Below are positions 40,859 to 51,327 of a DNA stretch of 64,000 nt, in pieces. Under the pieces are notes generated by a model, which saw nothing but the letters and a program-made list of their open reading frames with translations, ran no database searches and was not told the origin of the DNA. The translations under genes were made by a program, and so were the position numbers. This DNA comes from an uncultured Bacillota bacterium. Lineage in GTDB: Bacteria; Bacillota; DTU025; MWDF01. Position 1 is the first letter of the stretch. Every line of letters begins with the position of its first letter. The stretch covers positions 96,001 through 160,000 of the forward strand of contig CAWGMK010000006.1 of assembly GCA_963823655.1 (NCBI GenBank), read 5' to 3'.

Positions 40859-41964
40859 TTATCTTAAGGACGCGCCGGTCTGCTTGTCGAACAGGTGGAA
40901 CTTGGGCTTATCCACTTGAAGGACCACCTGCCTGCCAAACGCTGCTTTTGTCTTCGGGTCGACTTTCGCTGTGATCTGCCTTCCTTCTTCGGAGTAAGAT
41001 AGAGCATGGTCTCAGAGCCCATCGGTTCCACTACATCGGCCGTAGCCCTGATCTGAAGCGACTTGTCCGGCACCGGGACGAATTCGGCGTCTTCTATGTC
41101 CTCGGGCCTAATTCCGAGCACTACTTCTTTTCCTGTTGCCCTGTCCAGCCCTCTGAAGCGCTCAGTAGATATGGGAAGGGTGAACCCTTTTCCCAGGTCC
41201 ACATATGCGGCGCCGCCGGTTACAGTAAGTTCGCAGTCGAGAAGGTTCATGGACGGAGAGCCGATGAACCCTGCGACATATGAGCTGACAGGGTTTTCGT
41301 AAAGGTCCATCGGGGCGCCCTGCTGCTGGATGACGCCGCCTTTCATGAGGACGATGCGCTCTCCCATGGTCATCGCCTCCGTCTGGTCGTGCGTCACATA
41401 TATTATCGTCGTGCCGATGCGTTTGTGGATGCGGGAGAGCTCGGCCCTCATCTGTATCCTCAGCTTGGCATCCAGATTTGATAGGGGCTCGTCCATCAGG
41501 AATGCCTGAGGCTTCCTGACGATGGCCCTGCCAAGAGCCACCCTCTGCCGCTGCCCTCCGGAAAGGGCCTTGGGCTTCCTTTCAAGCAGATCCTCGATGC
41601 CCAGGATCTTCGCCGCCTCTTTGACCCTCTCATCGATCTCGGCCGTTGGGACTTTCTTCATCTTCAGCCCGAATGCCATGTTGTTGTAGACGTCCATATG
41701 AGGGTAGAGGGCGTAGTTCTGGAAGACCATCGCTATGTCGCGGTCTTTAGGCTGCACGCCGGTCATGGGCCTGCCGCCTATGAATATCTCGCCCTTATCC
41801 TGGTCCTCAAGGCCTGCGATCATCCTGAGGGTTGTCGTCTTGCCGCAGCCCGAAGGGCCTACAAGGACAAGGAACTCGCCGTCTTTTACCTCAAGGTTAA
41901 GTTCGCTGACAGCAGTAACCTTGCCGAACTTCTTGCTTATTCCTTCCAACCTTACTTCTGCCAT
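40859..41964 (-). CDS. Sugar ABC transporter ATPase MalK/MsmX family (apparent frameshift ~40980)
   Basis: GPSGCGKTT, VFQNYALYPH, LSGGQRQRVALGR and DEPLSNLDAKLR; repaired tail HLFDKQTG. Confidence 0.92.
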
Positions 41965-41982
41965 TAAAACCTCCGCGGAATG

Positions 41983-42855
41983 TTATATGCCTAGCCTGAA
42001 AAGTATGGCCTGCCTGCTTGTCTCCGCTTCCTCTTCTACGCTGCCCTCCATGTTCAGGGCAACGACTCCCATAAGAAGGTCGACTACTGCGAGGCCGACT
42101 ACCCTGGGAATCGCCCACATGCCGATGTCCATGGGGCTTTGGCCGATCTCAGGGGATATTACGAAGTTGCACAGCTGACCCAGAGGCATAGCCGGGTAGT
42201 TGGTAATAGCAAGGGTTGTAGCCCCCATCTCCTTGGCGAGGGTGATGGAATCGACAATCTCCTTGGTCGTGCCCGAGAATGAGATGCCGATCGCCATGTC
42301 CTCGGGAGTAAGCTTCGACGCCTGCATATACTGCGCATAGGAGGATGATTCGAACTGCGTATCCAGACGAAGCCTCATCAGCCTGTTATTAAGCTCCGAG
42401 GCCACCACGGATGATAGCCCCGTGGCGAATATCGCTATCTTCCTGCTCTTTACTATCTTCTTCGCCGCGCTTTCCACCTGCGCCAGGTTCACCTGCGCAA
42501 ACGAGGCCTTCAAATATGAGGTGTGGGCTTCCAGTATCTTGTCGGAGAGCCTGCGAAGGTCGTCGTTTCCTTCCAGCATGTCCTCCATCTTCTTCGGGAC
42601 GGAGAAGGGCATGGAGCCCAGCTCCTGGACCATGGCTACTTTGAACTGCTTGAAGCCCGTGAAGCCGGCCTTCTTGCAGAATCTGACGACTGCGGCCTCC
42701 GACGAGCCGCTGAACTTGGCAAGCTCTGTGATTCCCATCTCCAGTATCATCGGAGGGTCTTTGAGAATCGACATTGCGACTTTCTGTTCGCTAGGGGCAA
42801 GCTTGGTAAAAAGGCTTTCAACCCGCACCAGATGGCCCTTCCTGAAAACCCCCAT
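41983..42855 (-). CDS. MurR/RpiR family transcriptional regulator
   Basis: SEAAVVRFCKKAGFTGF HTH; SIS domain ISFSGTT. Confidence 0.9.
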   Translation of the reverse strand: MGVFRKGHLVRVESLFTKLAPSEQKVAMSILKDPPMILEMGITELAKFSGSSEAAVVRFCKKAGFTGFKQFKVAMVQELGSMPFSVPKKMEDMLEGNDDLRRLSDKILEAHTSYLKASFAQVNLAQVESAAKKIVKSRKIAIFATGLSSVVASELNNRLMRLRLDTQFESSSYAQYMQASKLTPEDMAIGISFSGTTKEIVDSITLAKEMGATTLAITNYPAMPLGQLCNFVISPEIGQSPMDIGMWAIPRVVGLAVVDLLMGVVALNMEGSVEEEAETSRQAILFRLGI

Positions 42856-42976
42856 GAAAACCCTCCCTTCAAGTGTATATTTACATTATACATTCCAGGC
42901 TTGTTCCACTTGACAAGGATTTATGGTAAAAAATTCCGCCGGTCGTGTTTCATACCGGCGGAAATGAGCTAGCTGG

Positions 42977-44244
42977 TTATTTGCCCAGAAGCTCCTTTAT
43001 GATAACATTCGAATCCTCGACCGCCTTATCAAGGGTGGCGGTGGGGTCTTTCGTGTATTCTATCAGGACCTTCTCTCCTATGGAGTTGATGAGGTTTGAT
43101 ACTCTGGAGTATGAAAGGACGTTGGGCCTCGGCCTTGCGTAATCAAGCTGAGATACGACCGTCGCTACCAACGGATCCGTCGAAATCACTTTCTTGTATG
43201 CTGCTGAGGAAAGGGCCGATTTCCTGGTCGGCGTGTAGCCCGTAGCAGTTGCCCATCTGACGGACACATCGGCGCTGGTGATCCACTTCACGAATGAGAA
43301 GGCGAGGTCCTCGCGCTCCTTCGTGGACTTGAACATGCCGACGCTGTTGCCGCCGACGCCCGTCACTTTCTTTACGCCCGAAGGCAAGTGTGCGATGCCC
43401 ATTTCGAAGGTGGCAGCGGACTTGTAATAGCCGAGCGATGAAGTGCTCGCAAGCACCATGGCCGCCCTTGCGTTAAGGAATGCGTCGGTTATGTTGGCCG
43501 CGGGCATCACCTGGTTGGTGATGAGCTTCTGCAGGTACTGCACCGCCTTTACAGCTTCAGCCGAATTGAATGCAGCTGCACGTGAAGTCCTTGTTGTAGA
43601 GCTCGGCTCCCGCCTGCCAGAGGAAAGTCACGAAGTAATAGACCATGCCCGTGTTTGCCGTTGTGGGCATCCAGAGGCCGAACTGGTCCACCTTGCCGTC
43701 CTTGTTCGTGTCCTTGGACAGCTTAAGGCCCATCTGGTAGAGCTCTTCCCAGGTGGAAGGCGGATCATTGGGATCAAGCCCTGCCTGCTTGAACAGGTCC
43801 TTGTTGTAGAAGAGCGCCTGGTTCGACATGCCAAAGGGCATGGTCCAGAGGCTGCCGGCATAGCTTGCCGCCTGCCTGGCACCCGCCAGGAAATCGGCCT
43901 CGTCGGCTTCGCTAAGCCTGCCATCCAGGTTGACAAGCGCGCCGGAATTGGCAAGCTCAGGCACCCAGAACTGGTCCATGAGGGCGATGTCCGGGGCGGA
44001 TTTGGCTACGATGGATGCCAATATCTTATCCTGCATTGTCCTGTTGTTGCCGCCGTATGAGAGCTCAATGAAGACGTCCGGATTGCTTGCGTTCCACTCA
44101 TCTACGAGGCCCTTCAGGATCCCGCTGGTGTCGCTGCCGAGGTAGTGCCAGAAAGTAAGCGTGTTCTTGGGCGCCGCTATGCCTGTTGCGGCGAAGGCCG
44201 CTATAAGGGCTGTTGCTAGATATTACTGTCAGTATCTTTCTCAT
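42977..44244 (-). CDS. Sugar ABC transporter substrate-binding protein (frameshifts ~44220 and ~43580)
   Basis: MRKILTVI.LATAL..GIAA signal, LTFWH, PDIA, LFYNKDLFKQAGLDP..PSTWEEL and TGYTP. Confidence 0.85.
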
Positions 44245-44260
44245 CTTTTTCTCACTCCTG

Positions 44261-45298
44261 TTATGAATTAATGCCGCTCATCGCGATGCTCCTTGTGAAC
44301 TTCTCCTGAGCGAAAAGGAACGCCACGATGACCGGAAGGGTTACCAGAACCGAAGCTGCCATTATTATCGGCCAGTCAGAGCCCGCCTCCCATTTGAGCA
44401 TGTCCAGGCCGACTTGGAGCGTGAACATCTGCTTGCTGCTGGTCACCATCAAAGGCCACAGGAACTCGTTCCAGCTGGTCATGAAGCTGAACAGGGCAAG
44501 CGTTGCCAGTGCGGGCTTGGCAAGAGGCATGAATATCCTGAAGAGTATCCCGAAGCTGCTGCAGCCGTCCAGGGCCGCGGCCTCCTCCAGCTCTTTGGGC
44601 AGCGCCATGAAGAACTGCCTCATCAGGAACGCGCCGAAGGGCGCCGCCGCGAAGGGGAGGATTAGTGCCGAGTATGTGTCCATGAGCCCCATGCGCTGGA
44701 TTAGCATGAAGGCGGGTATTAGCGTTGCCTGCTGGGGTATCATCATCAGGGCTGCATACGCCCAGAAGAGCCTGTCCCTGCCCGGGAAGTTAAGCCTGGA
44801 GAAGGCGTATCCCGCGAGGGAGCTTGTGATAAGCTGCAGTGCCGTCACAAGTGTCGCTACTATCAGGCTGTTTATGAACATCCTTGCAAAAGGTATCCTC
44901 GTCCATATCTCCTTGTAGGCTTCAAACAGCGGTCCGTACAGCGCCCCTGTTGAAAAAGCCCTTACAACCAGCGCGGCCCATGCGATGAGGCTGAGACCGG
45001 CAAGCGCCAGTGAAGCCGCCCTGCCGCGCCTCCTGCAGACGGCCCACGCGACGGTAAGCGCAACGGCCGCCACTAAAAGGAGGATCAGCAGCATGTCGGA
45101 CGCCTTAGACGCGTCAAATGCGAGCTTGGGAAGGAAATTGGACTCCGAGAAGACCTGGCGCCTGCCCTTCAAGGATACTGTCAGCATCCATGAGAAGGGC
45201 ACAACCATGAGTGCGCTTGCCAGAAGCAGCGCGGCATTGGCGAAAGAGGAGCCTATGGCGCGCTTTGCGCGCTCTTTGCCTGTTGCGGCGACGCTCAC
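44261..45298 (-). CDS. Carbohydrate ABC permease (MalG-type) with extra TM insertion
   Basis: AGYAFSRL and LPKELEEAAALDG (EAA loop); GTG start 45298 after GGAGG. Confidence 0.88.
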   Translation of the reverse strand: MSVAATGKERAKRAIGSSFANAALLLASALMVVPFSWMLTVSLKGRRQVFSESNFLPKLAFDASKASDMLLILLLVAAVALTVAWAVCRRRGRAASLALAGLSLIAWAALVVRAFSTGALYGPLFEAYKEIWTRIPFARMFINSLIVATLVTALQLITSSLAGYAFSRLNFPGRDRLFWAYAALMMIPQQATLIPAFMLIQRMGLMDTYSALILPFAAAPFGAFLMRQFFMALPKELEEAAALDGCSSFGILFRIFMPLAKPALATLALFSFMTSWNEFLWPLMVTSSKQMFTLQVGLDMLKWEAGSDWPIIMAASVLVTLPVIVAFLFAQEKFTRSIAMSGINS

Positions 45299-46182
45299 TG
45301 CTCTAGCCTCCTTACGAAGCGCAGCTGCAGCAGTGAAAGGGCCCCTATAGTTAGGAAGATGACCCAAGCGGCCGCAGATGCGTAGCCGAACCTGTAGGGA
45401 GACTCGAATGCCTGCTTATAAAGGTAATATACTGCCACGAGGGTCGAGTCGGTAGGCCCGCCCCCGGTCATTATCCTGATCTGGCCGAAAGCCTGGAACG
45501 ACCTCACCGTGCTCATAATCAAGGTAAAAGAAATTACCCTGCTCATCATCGGCAGCGTAATAGCCTTCGTAAGGCGCCAGCCCGACGCGCCGTCGAGGGA
45601 GGCCGCGTCGTACAGGTCCTGCGGTATGTCCTGCAGCCCCGCAAGGTAAATCACCATGCTGTAGCCGAGGTTCTTCCATATGGACATGATTACGATGGAC
45701 AGAAGGGCCCAGCGCGGGTCCGAAAGCCATGCAGGGCCGGATATGCCCAATTTGTAGAGGAGGCTGTTCAGGCCGCCGTAATATGGGTCGTAGAATAGGA
45801 ACCAAACGGTTGCCACTGACGCTGTCGATGCCACGACCGGCATGAAGAACGCTGCGCGGTATAGCGAAGTAAGCCTCAGCTTGCGATTTAGAGCCATTGC
45901 CAGGAAGAAGGAGAGGAGGTTGCTGACAGGGACCACTCCTATGGTGTATAGCAGGGTGTTTATCATCGACTTCCTGAATGTCTCATCCTTGAGCAATGTG
46001 ACGTAATTGGCGAAGCCCACGAAGGAGGAGGTCTGCTTTAGAAGCCCCGCGTCCGTGAAGCTCATGTAAAGCGAGTAGGCGAGGGGGTAGAGGGTGAATG
46101 CGGCGAAAACGGCAAAAGAGGGCAGAAGCGCAATTAGCGCCGTCCTCCTCTGATCATTCCCGTAGAGCGTTGAAACCCTCAT
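45295..46182 (-). CDS. Carbohydrate ABC permease (MalF/UgpA-type)
   Basis: FVGFANY, YLAGLQDIP..LYDAASLDGA and MTGGGP. Confidence 0.9.
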   Translation of the reverse strand: MRVSTLYGNDQRRTALIALLPSFAVFAAFTLYPLAYSLYMSFTDAGLLKQTSSFVGFANYVTLLKDETFRKSMINTLLYTIGVVPVSNLLSFFLAMALNRKLRLTSLYRAAFFMPVVASTASVATVWFLFYDPYYGGLNSLLYKLGISGPAWLSDPRWALLSIVIMSIWKNLGYSMVIYLAGLQDIPQDLYDAASLDGASGWRLTKAITLPMMSRVISFTLIMSTVRSFQAFGQIRIMTGGGPTDSTLVAVYYLYKQAFESPYRFGYASAAAWVIFLTIGALSLLQLRFVRRLEQ

Positions 46183-46320
46183 GAAACTTTCCTCGTATTT
46201 TCAAAATAAATCTGCGTTATGGCCGTTTACTTGGTATTACTAGTCTGAAAATATTTACTATTGGTATTCTACCACTTCATGACGTACATGTTAAGAGGAA
46301 AGTTCGAGGTGTACGAAAAG

Positions 46321-46351
46321 AAGCGCCGCCCCCAATATTGGAGGCGGCGCT
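46321..46351 (-). terminator. Terminator after ccmF
   Basis: agcgccgcc-ccaatattgg-ggcggcgct with A-run on the left (U-tail on minus strand). Confidence 0.6.
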
Positions 46352-46371
46352 GTTGCGGTTGGAACTGCGTA

Positions 46372-48624
46372 TTACTTTGCTTCCGATTTCCTTCTTACGA
46401 CTGCGACTGCGGTCCCCATCACAATCATAATGGCACCGATCCACAGGAGCCACACGAAGGGCTTGCGGCTAATCTCGACCAGCAGCGAGCTTCCGCCCTC
46501 CAGAGCCTCCTCGCTTGCCTTGGCGAAGTCCATGAAGACAAGGCCGGAGCTTGCGTCGATGCTTTCCAATGTGAGCTTGTACTTGCCGCCCGAGCCTTCG
46601 AAAACAGTGTATGAATTGCTGCCGCCGGAGCCGGATACCGAGTAGTACAGGATGCCTTCGAAGAGCGTGACATTGCCTTCTGATGCTTTGAGCGCAGCGC
46701 CGACTTTCCCGGAGTTCATGGCAGTAAGGTCGAACGATGAGAAGGAGATCTCAAAGCCTCCCGATGAGACGGCCTCGCCCTTTTTGATCTCAAGGTGGTC
46801 GCCGTGCAGCGCAGAAACGCCGCCCGCCGAATCTTGTATAACGAGCGGGGAAATGTATATGTCCTGGGTAAGCGTCGAATAGATCATAGGATGCCTCATG
46901 GTGCTGCCCATGTTAGTTATCTGCATGGAAGGGGTCCCTTCGGCGATGAGCTTCCCGTCTTTGGAAAGCTTTATAGGCACAGTTGTGATTGTCCCGTCTG
47001 CCGACACTTCGACCTGGGAGGCTTCGATAGTAAAGCCAACTGCGTCAACGCCCCCGCCGATCGGCACCATGGCCCTCTCGGTGACTGCCCAGCCGCCTGT
47101 CGCGATAATGCCGGCGAATACAAGAGCAACTCCCAGATGGGTCATGTAGCTTCCTATGAACTTGACGCCGTGCCTTATAGTCTTCAAGAACATGTAAAGG
47201 TTCGCGAACAGGCCGAAGAAGGAAGCGAACATGAAGATCAGGTAATAGACGCCCCTTGCGCCTGTGGCGAATACAACTGCTGTCCCTACCAGGGCGAGCA
47301 CTAGGGAGGCAGCAATAGCAGTCTTTGCCGATTTAAGCTCGTCAGTGCCCCACCTGAACAGCGGGAAGAGCCCCATAAGCAGAGCTATAAGGACTCCGAG
47401 CGGGTAGTTGGTGATGTTGTAGAAGCTCGTATCGACCGCCTGGGCCTCGCCCACGATTTTAGTTAGTATGGGCGCCGATGTCCCAAGAAGCGTAATTACG
47501 GCGGAGGCAAGAAGCACTGAGGCTCCGGCGAATATGCCGAAATCGCGGCTTGTGAACCTCTCATAAACCTCCTGGTACTTCCTCGAGGAGGTCATGCTCT
47601 TGAACCTGGCTACGAATAGGTAGAGGGCCGGCAAGCCTATGGCCAGCATGAAGAGTATGAGATATGAGGATATTCCCAGATCCGAGAAGGAGTGCACCGA
47701 GAAGTCGGAAAGCACGCCCGACCTGGTCAAAAACGCCCCATAACCGATCAGCAGATAGGTCAATACGGCCAGCGCGATGTTCGTGCGCACCATCTTGCCC
47801 CTGGCCTTCTGGCTTAGGAATGTGTGAAGCAGCACTGCCCCGAATAGCCAGGGAACTAGCGATGCGTTCTCAACGGGGTCCCATCCCCAGTAACCGCCCC
47901 AGCCGAGCACCGCGTATGCCCACCTTGCGCCTATCATGATGCCGGAGCCCAACAACAGCCACGCAAGGAGGTTCCACCAGGTGGCGATTGGCGCCCAGCT
48001 CTGGTATTCCTTCCTCGTAAGCGCGCTCATTGCGAGCGCGTAGGGGACGGCAATCGCGGCATAGCCTGCGAATACGATTGGCGGATGTATCGCCATCCAG
48101 GGGTTCATGAGAAGAGGGTTCAGCCCAAGGCCGTCTGCGACGGGCTCCGCAAGCATGGCAAATGGAGTCATCCTTAGGGCGACTACCAAGAGCATAGTCT
48201 GCGAGAGCGCATACCAGGGCATGGCAGTCTGCTCATGCTTCTTTGCTGTAAGCATCAGCAGGCATCCGAACATGGCGGAGAAGAGCGCCCATAGAAGCAG
48301 GCTGCCCTCCTGCCCGGCCCAGAAAGCCGAGACTATATATAGGTTCTCAAGCCCGCGGCTCGAGTTGTGGGCAACGTACTCATAGCTGAAATCATGGCCC
48401 AGGAACTTCGAAAGCAGGCCTGCAGATGCGATCAGAAGGAAGAGGAGCGAGCCTGCCATTAGCAGCCTGCCCGCCTTGAGGGCCTTCGAATGCTCCTTGC
48501 CTTTAGACTTCGAAAGGGAGGAAGCGTCGTTTGAGCCGGCCATCCTCGCTGCTAAAGCATATGCTATGCCCGATCCTGCGGTGGCGATCAATGCCGCAAG
48601 GATCATCAGGTTCCAAATGTTCAT
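46372..48624 (-). CDS. ccmF: Cytochrome c biogenesis heme lyase CcmF
   Basis: WAGQEGSLLLW, GLNPLL.NPWMAIHPP, WGGYWGWDPVEN and TRSG..SVHSF. Confidence 0.93.
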   Translation of the reverse strand: MNIWNLMILAALIATAGSGIAYALAARMAGSNDASSLSKSKGKEHSKALKAGRLLMAGSLLFLLIASAGLLSKFLGHDFSYEYVAHNSSRGLENLYIVSAFWAGQEGSLLLWALFSAMFGCLLMLTAKKHEQTAMPWYALSQTMLLVVALRMTPFAMLAEPVADGLGLNPLLMNPWMAIHPPIVFAGYAAIAVPYALAMSALTRKEYQSWAPIATWWNLLAWLLLGSGIMIGARWAYAVLGWGGYWGWDPVENASLVPWLFGAVLLHTFLSQKARGKMVRTNIALAVLTYLLIGYGAFLTRSGVLSDFSVHSFSDLGISSYLILFMLAIGLPALYLFVARFKSMTSSRKYQEVYERFTSRDFGIFAGASVLLASAVITLLGTSAPILTKIVGEAQAVDTSFYNITNYPLGVLIALLMGLFPLFRWGTDELKSAKTAIAASLVLALVGTAVVFATGARGVYYLIFMFASFFGLFANLYMFLKTIRHGVKFIGSYMTHLGVALVFAGIIATGGWAVTERAMVPIGGGVDAVGFTIEASQVEVSADGTITTVPIKLSKDGKLIAEGTPSMQITNMGSTMRHPMIYSTLTQDIYISPLVIQDSAGGVSALHGDHLEIKKGEAVSSGGFEISFSSFDLTAMNSGKVGAALKASEGNVTLFEGILYYSVSGSGGSNSYTVFEGSGGKYKLTLESIDASSGLVFMDFAKASEEALEGGSSLLVEISRKPFVWLLWIGAIMIVMGTAVAVVRRKSEAK

Positions 48625-49013
48625 TATCTGCCACCTCCGCCCGCCTGATACTTAGACGGGCACTTGACCAGCATCTTCTTTGCGACGAACTCATCGCCTG
48701 TGTATTTGCCGATGACCACCACATTCGTGGCGTCGTCGAAATTGGAAGGCTTGGCTCCCTTGAACCTCACGGTCACGGACTCCCCGACATGGTCGGTCAT
48801 CTCGAACATGAAGTCGTTGGAACCCTCCTCATACCTTGCGCTGTCGAAATCGGGGACGCCTGCGACCTGCACGGTCGTTCCCTTCTGCCTAGCCTCTGAA
48901 AGCGTCACATAAGGGGTGAGGGAGCCCGAGAACGAGATCAGGACCACCACCGCCATCGCCGCAATTATTACCATGCCCGCTATAAGGCTTAATGTCTTCT
49001 TCTTGATTGCCAC
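48624..49013 (-). CDS. ccmE: Heme chaperone CcmE, CxxxY variant
   Basis: N-terminal TM, OB-fold-like body, KCPSKY. Confidence 0.88.
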   Translation of the reverse strand: MAIKKKTLSLIAGMVIIAAMAVVVLISFSGSLTPYVTLSEARQKGTTVQVAGVPDFDSARYEEGSNDFMFEMTDHVGESVTVRFKGAKPSNFDDATNVVVIGKYTGDEFVAKKMLVKCPSKYQAGGGGR

Positions 49014-49094
49014 CTTTGAGAACTAACCTCCTCGCGCGAAGCGCGTAAAATATTATAAAAGCAAAACCTAACGATCCTTGTGCTTCAGGCCTGA

Positions 49095-49232
49095 TCAGGC
49101 CCCTCTTTTCCTGCGCTTCTCGCCCTTTGAAAGGTCCCTGTCAACCTTCAGCATGTAGAAGAAGACGAAGGCCCAGGTAATGACGGCTACCGCGCCTGTT
49201 ATCCAAAGAGAGCTTGATGATGCGTAATCCAT
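49095..49232 (-). CDS. ccmD: Heme exporter protein CcmD (45 aa; missing from ORF track)
   Basis: MDYASSSSLWITGAVAVITWAFVFFYMLKVDRDLSKGEKRRKRGA; GGAGG RBS; lies between ccmC and ccmE. Confidence 0.75.
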   Translation of the reverse strand: MDYASSSSLWITGAVAVITWAFVFFYMLKVDRDLSKGEKRRKRGA

Positions 49233-49233
49233 G

Positions 49234-49896
49234 TTATTTCCTCCTTGATTGGGCCGCGTCGGCGAGTTTTATTGAAATCTGCCTCATCTTGAGGCTGAAC
49301 ATCCAAAATGAAACCCCTGTGAAACCTATAAGAGATGCTATGAATACGAGAAGCATCTTCACATCCATGTTAAGATCCTTGGAGATTATGGCGTCGTCCG
49401 GATGCAGGCCCTGTATGCCGGGAAGCCTGGGAATGACGAAGACCAGAAGCGGCACCGTCACGAAGGCGATGACCGCATATACCGAGGAGAGCGAAGCCCG
49501 CCTCTCGGGGTCGTCCACAGCGCTTCTGAGAGCAAGGTATGCCATGTAGATCAGAAACAGCACGAAGATGGAAGTCTGCCTGGGATCCCAGCTCCAGTAG
49601 GCGCCCCAGGTGGCCTTGGCGAAAATCGCGCCGCTTACGGTCGCAACTACTATGAACAGCAGGCCTATCTCTGCCCAGACGGCGGCCGCCATATCATCCT
49701 TCGGGTCCCTCTTCATGAGATACTTGATGCCGTACACCATGCAGCCTAAGAATCCCAGCACGGCAACCCATGCCGTCGGGATGTGGAAGAAAATTATCCT
49801 GGATATCTCCCCCAGGTTCGCATCGGCAGGCGCCCATACGAAAGCGGCAAGAGATACTACCGCCATCCAAATTCCCAGCAAATACTTAAGAACCAT
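49234..49896 (-). CDS. ccmC: Heme exporter CcmC
   Basis: IFFHIP, WGAYWSWDPRQT and LHP. Confidence 0.92.
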   Translation of the reverse strand: MVLKYLLGIWMAVVSLAAFVWAPADANLGEISRIIFFHIPTAWVAVLGFLGCMVYGIKYLMKRDPKDDMAAAVWAEIGLLFIVVATVSGAIFAKATWGAYWSWDPRQTSIFVLFLIYMAYLALRSAVDDPERRASLSSVYAVIAFVTVPLLVFVIPRLPGIQGLHPDDAIISKDLNMDVKMLLVFIASLIGFTGVSFWMFSLKMRQISIKLADAAQSRRK

Positions 49897-49933
49897 CGAA
49901 ACCTCCCAAAGAATAGATGACTGCGCTTCGCCG

Positions 49934-50612
49934 CTATTCGTTCCAGACGAACTCGAACAGCATTGAAGACAGCGTCGTTATTATCACTGTGAACGCCGCA
50001 ATCCCGCCCATCTCGGCTCTTACTGAGGAGAAGCCCATCCCCGAAAGAGACGATGCTGTCATCCTCACTGCCATTATGAGCCCGGGCATGCATATGGGAA
50101 ACGAAAGGACTGCGAACAGCGTGCCCTTGGAGTTGGCCTTCGAGATTATTGCCGCCACGATCGTGCTTGAGGCCGCAAGGTAGAGCGTCCCCAAGAAGCA
50201 CGGATGCTGCAAATACCAGGGGAGAGCTGAGGCTGATGTCCATGAATAGCAGGAACATCGGCACGACTATAGCTTCCACGCCCAGCATCAGGACCAGGTT
50301 GAAGAGCAGCTTGCCGAAATAGATCGCTAGAGGCGGCGCCGAAAGCTTCAGGGCGAGGGCTGTCTTCGTCTCCTCCTCCTTGACGAAGGAGCGGGAAAGG
50401 CCGGACATTGCCGAGAAGAAGAGCACTATCCAAAGGAATGCCGACTGAGTATCTGCCTCCAGCGCATAGGGGCTCACGGCAAAGCTTGCGACCACAAGCG
50501 ACGTCACGGCGAAAAGGGCCACCGAGCCTATCCCATAGCGGGTCTTGAGCTCGGATCTGACATCTTTCATGAAGACTTGTGCAGCCTTATGGATTAAGGA
50601 GGATGATTTCAT
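49934..50612 (-). CDS. ccmB: Heme exporter CcmB (apparent frameshift ~50185)
   Basis: KDVRSELK, SF.KEEE..T, GKLLFN; C-terminal LFAVLSFPI. Confidence 0.85.
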
Positions 50613-51207
50613 CGCCCAACGGCACCTCCTCCTTCTCATTTGTTGCCAGTATTACAGTAAGCGACTTCCTGGCTTCAGATATGATGGAATAGGCAAGCAG
50701 CTTGCCAGGTTCGTCCAGATTGGCAGTGGGCTCGTCTATGATCAGCACTTCAGGGTCGCCGATCAGGGCGAAGCAGTACTTGAGCCTCTGCTTCATGCCG
50801 GAAGAATAGCCAGATACTGCATCATCGGCGCGGTCCAGCAGGCCAACTTTTTTCAATAGCGATTCGGCCTTGGCTTCGACATCTATTACTCCTTTAAGGC
50901 CTCCGAAGAAAGTAAGGTTCTCTATTGCGGAAAGCTCGTCATAGAGCATCAGCTCGGGTGAGACGAAACCTATCTTATCGGAGAAGGAGGCGGCGGGACC
51001 TTGTGTCGTGCCGTCGCCATAGAGGACAGAACCGGAACTCGGCCGAAGAAGGCCTGCCGCGATTTTAAGCATGGTCGATTTACCCGACCCGTTCGGGCCG
51101 GTTACGACTAGCACCTTGCCAGGGATTGCCGTAGCGCTTATCTCCTGCAGTGCGCTGCGCTCCCCGAAGTGCCTGGATATGCCATTCATGCTGACTGTTA
51201 TCGACAT
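50587..51207 (-). CDS. ccmA: Heme ABC exporter ATPase CcmA
   Basis: GPNGSGKST, YSSGMKQR and DEPTANLD; first gene of the ccm operon. Confidence 0.85.
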   Translation of the reverse strand: MSITVSMNGISRHFGERSALQEISATAIPGKVLVVTGPNGSGKSTMLKIAAGLLRPSSGSVLYGDGTTQGPAASFSDKIGFVSPELMLYDELSAIENLTFFGGLKGVIDVEAKAESLLKKVGLLDRADDAVSGYSSGMKQRLKYCFALIGDPEVLIIDEPTANLDEPGKLLAYSIISEARKSLTVILATNEKEEVPLGDEIILLNP

Positions 51208-51327
51208 ATAAGCTTTCCTTTTCAATTTGCTGCTCTAAGAAACCCGATTATTTATTATACTAATATAATGATGCTTAGTAAAACCGGCGGAGGCTACGGC
51301 CTGCGGGCCGGCTCGGAGGTAGAACGG

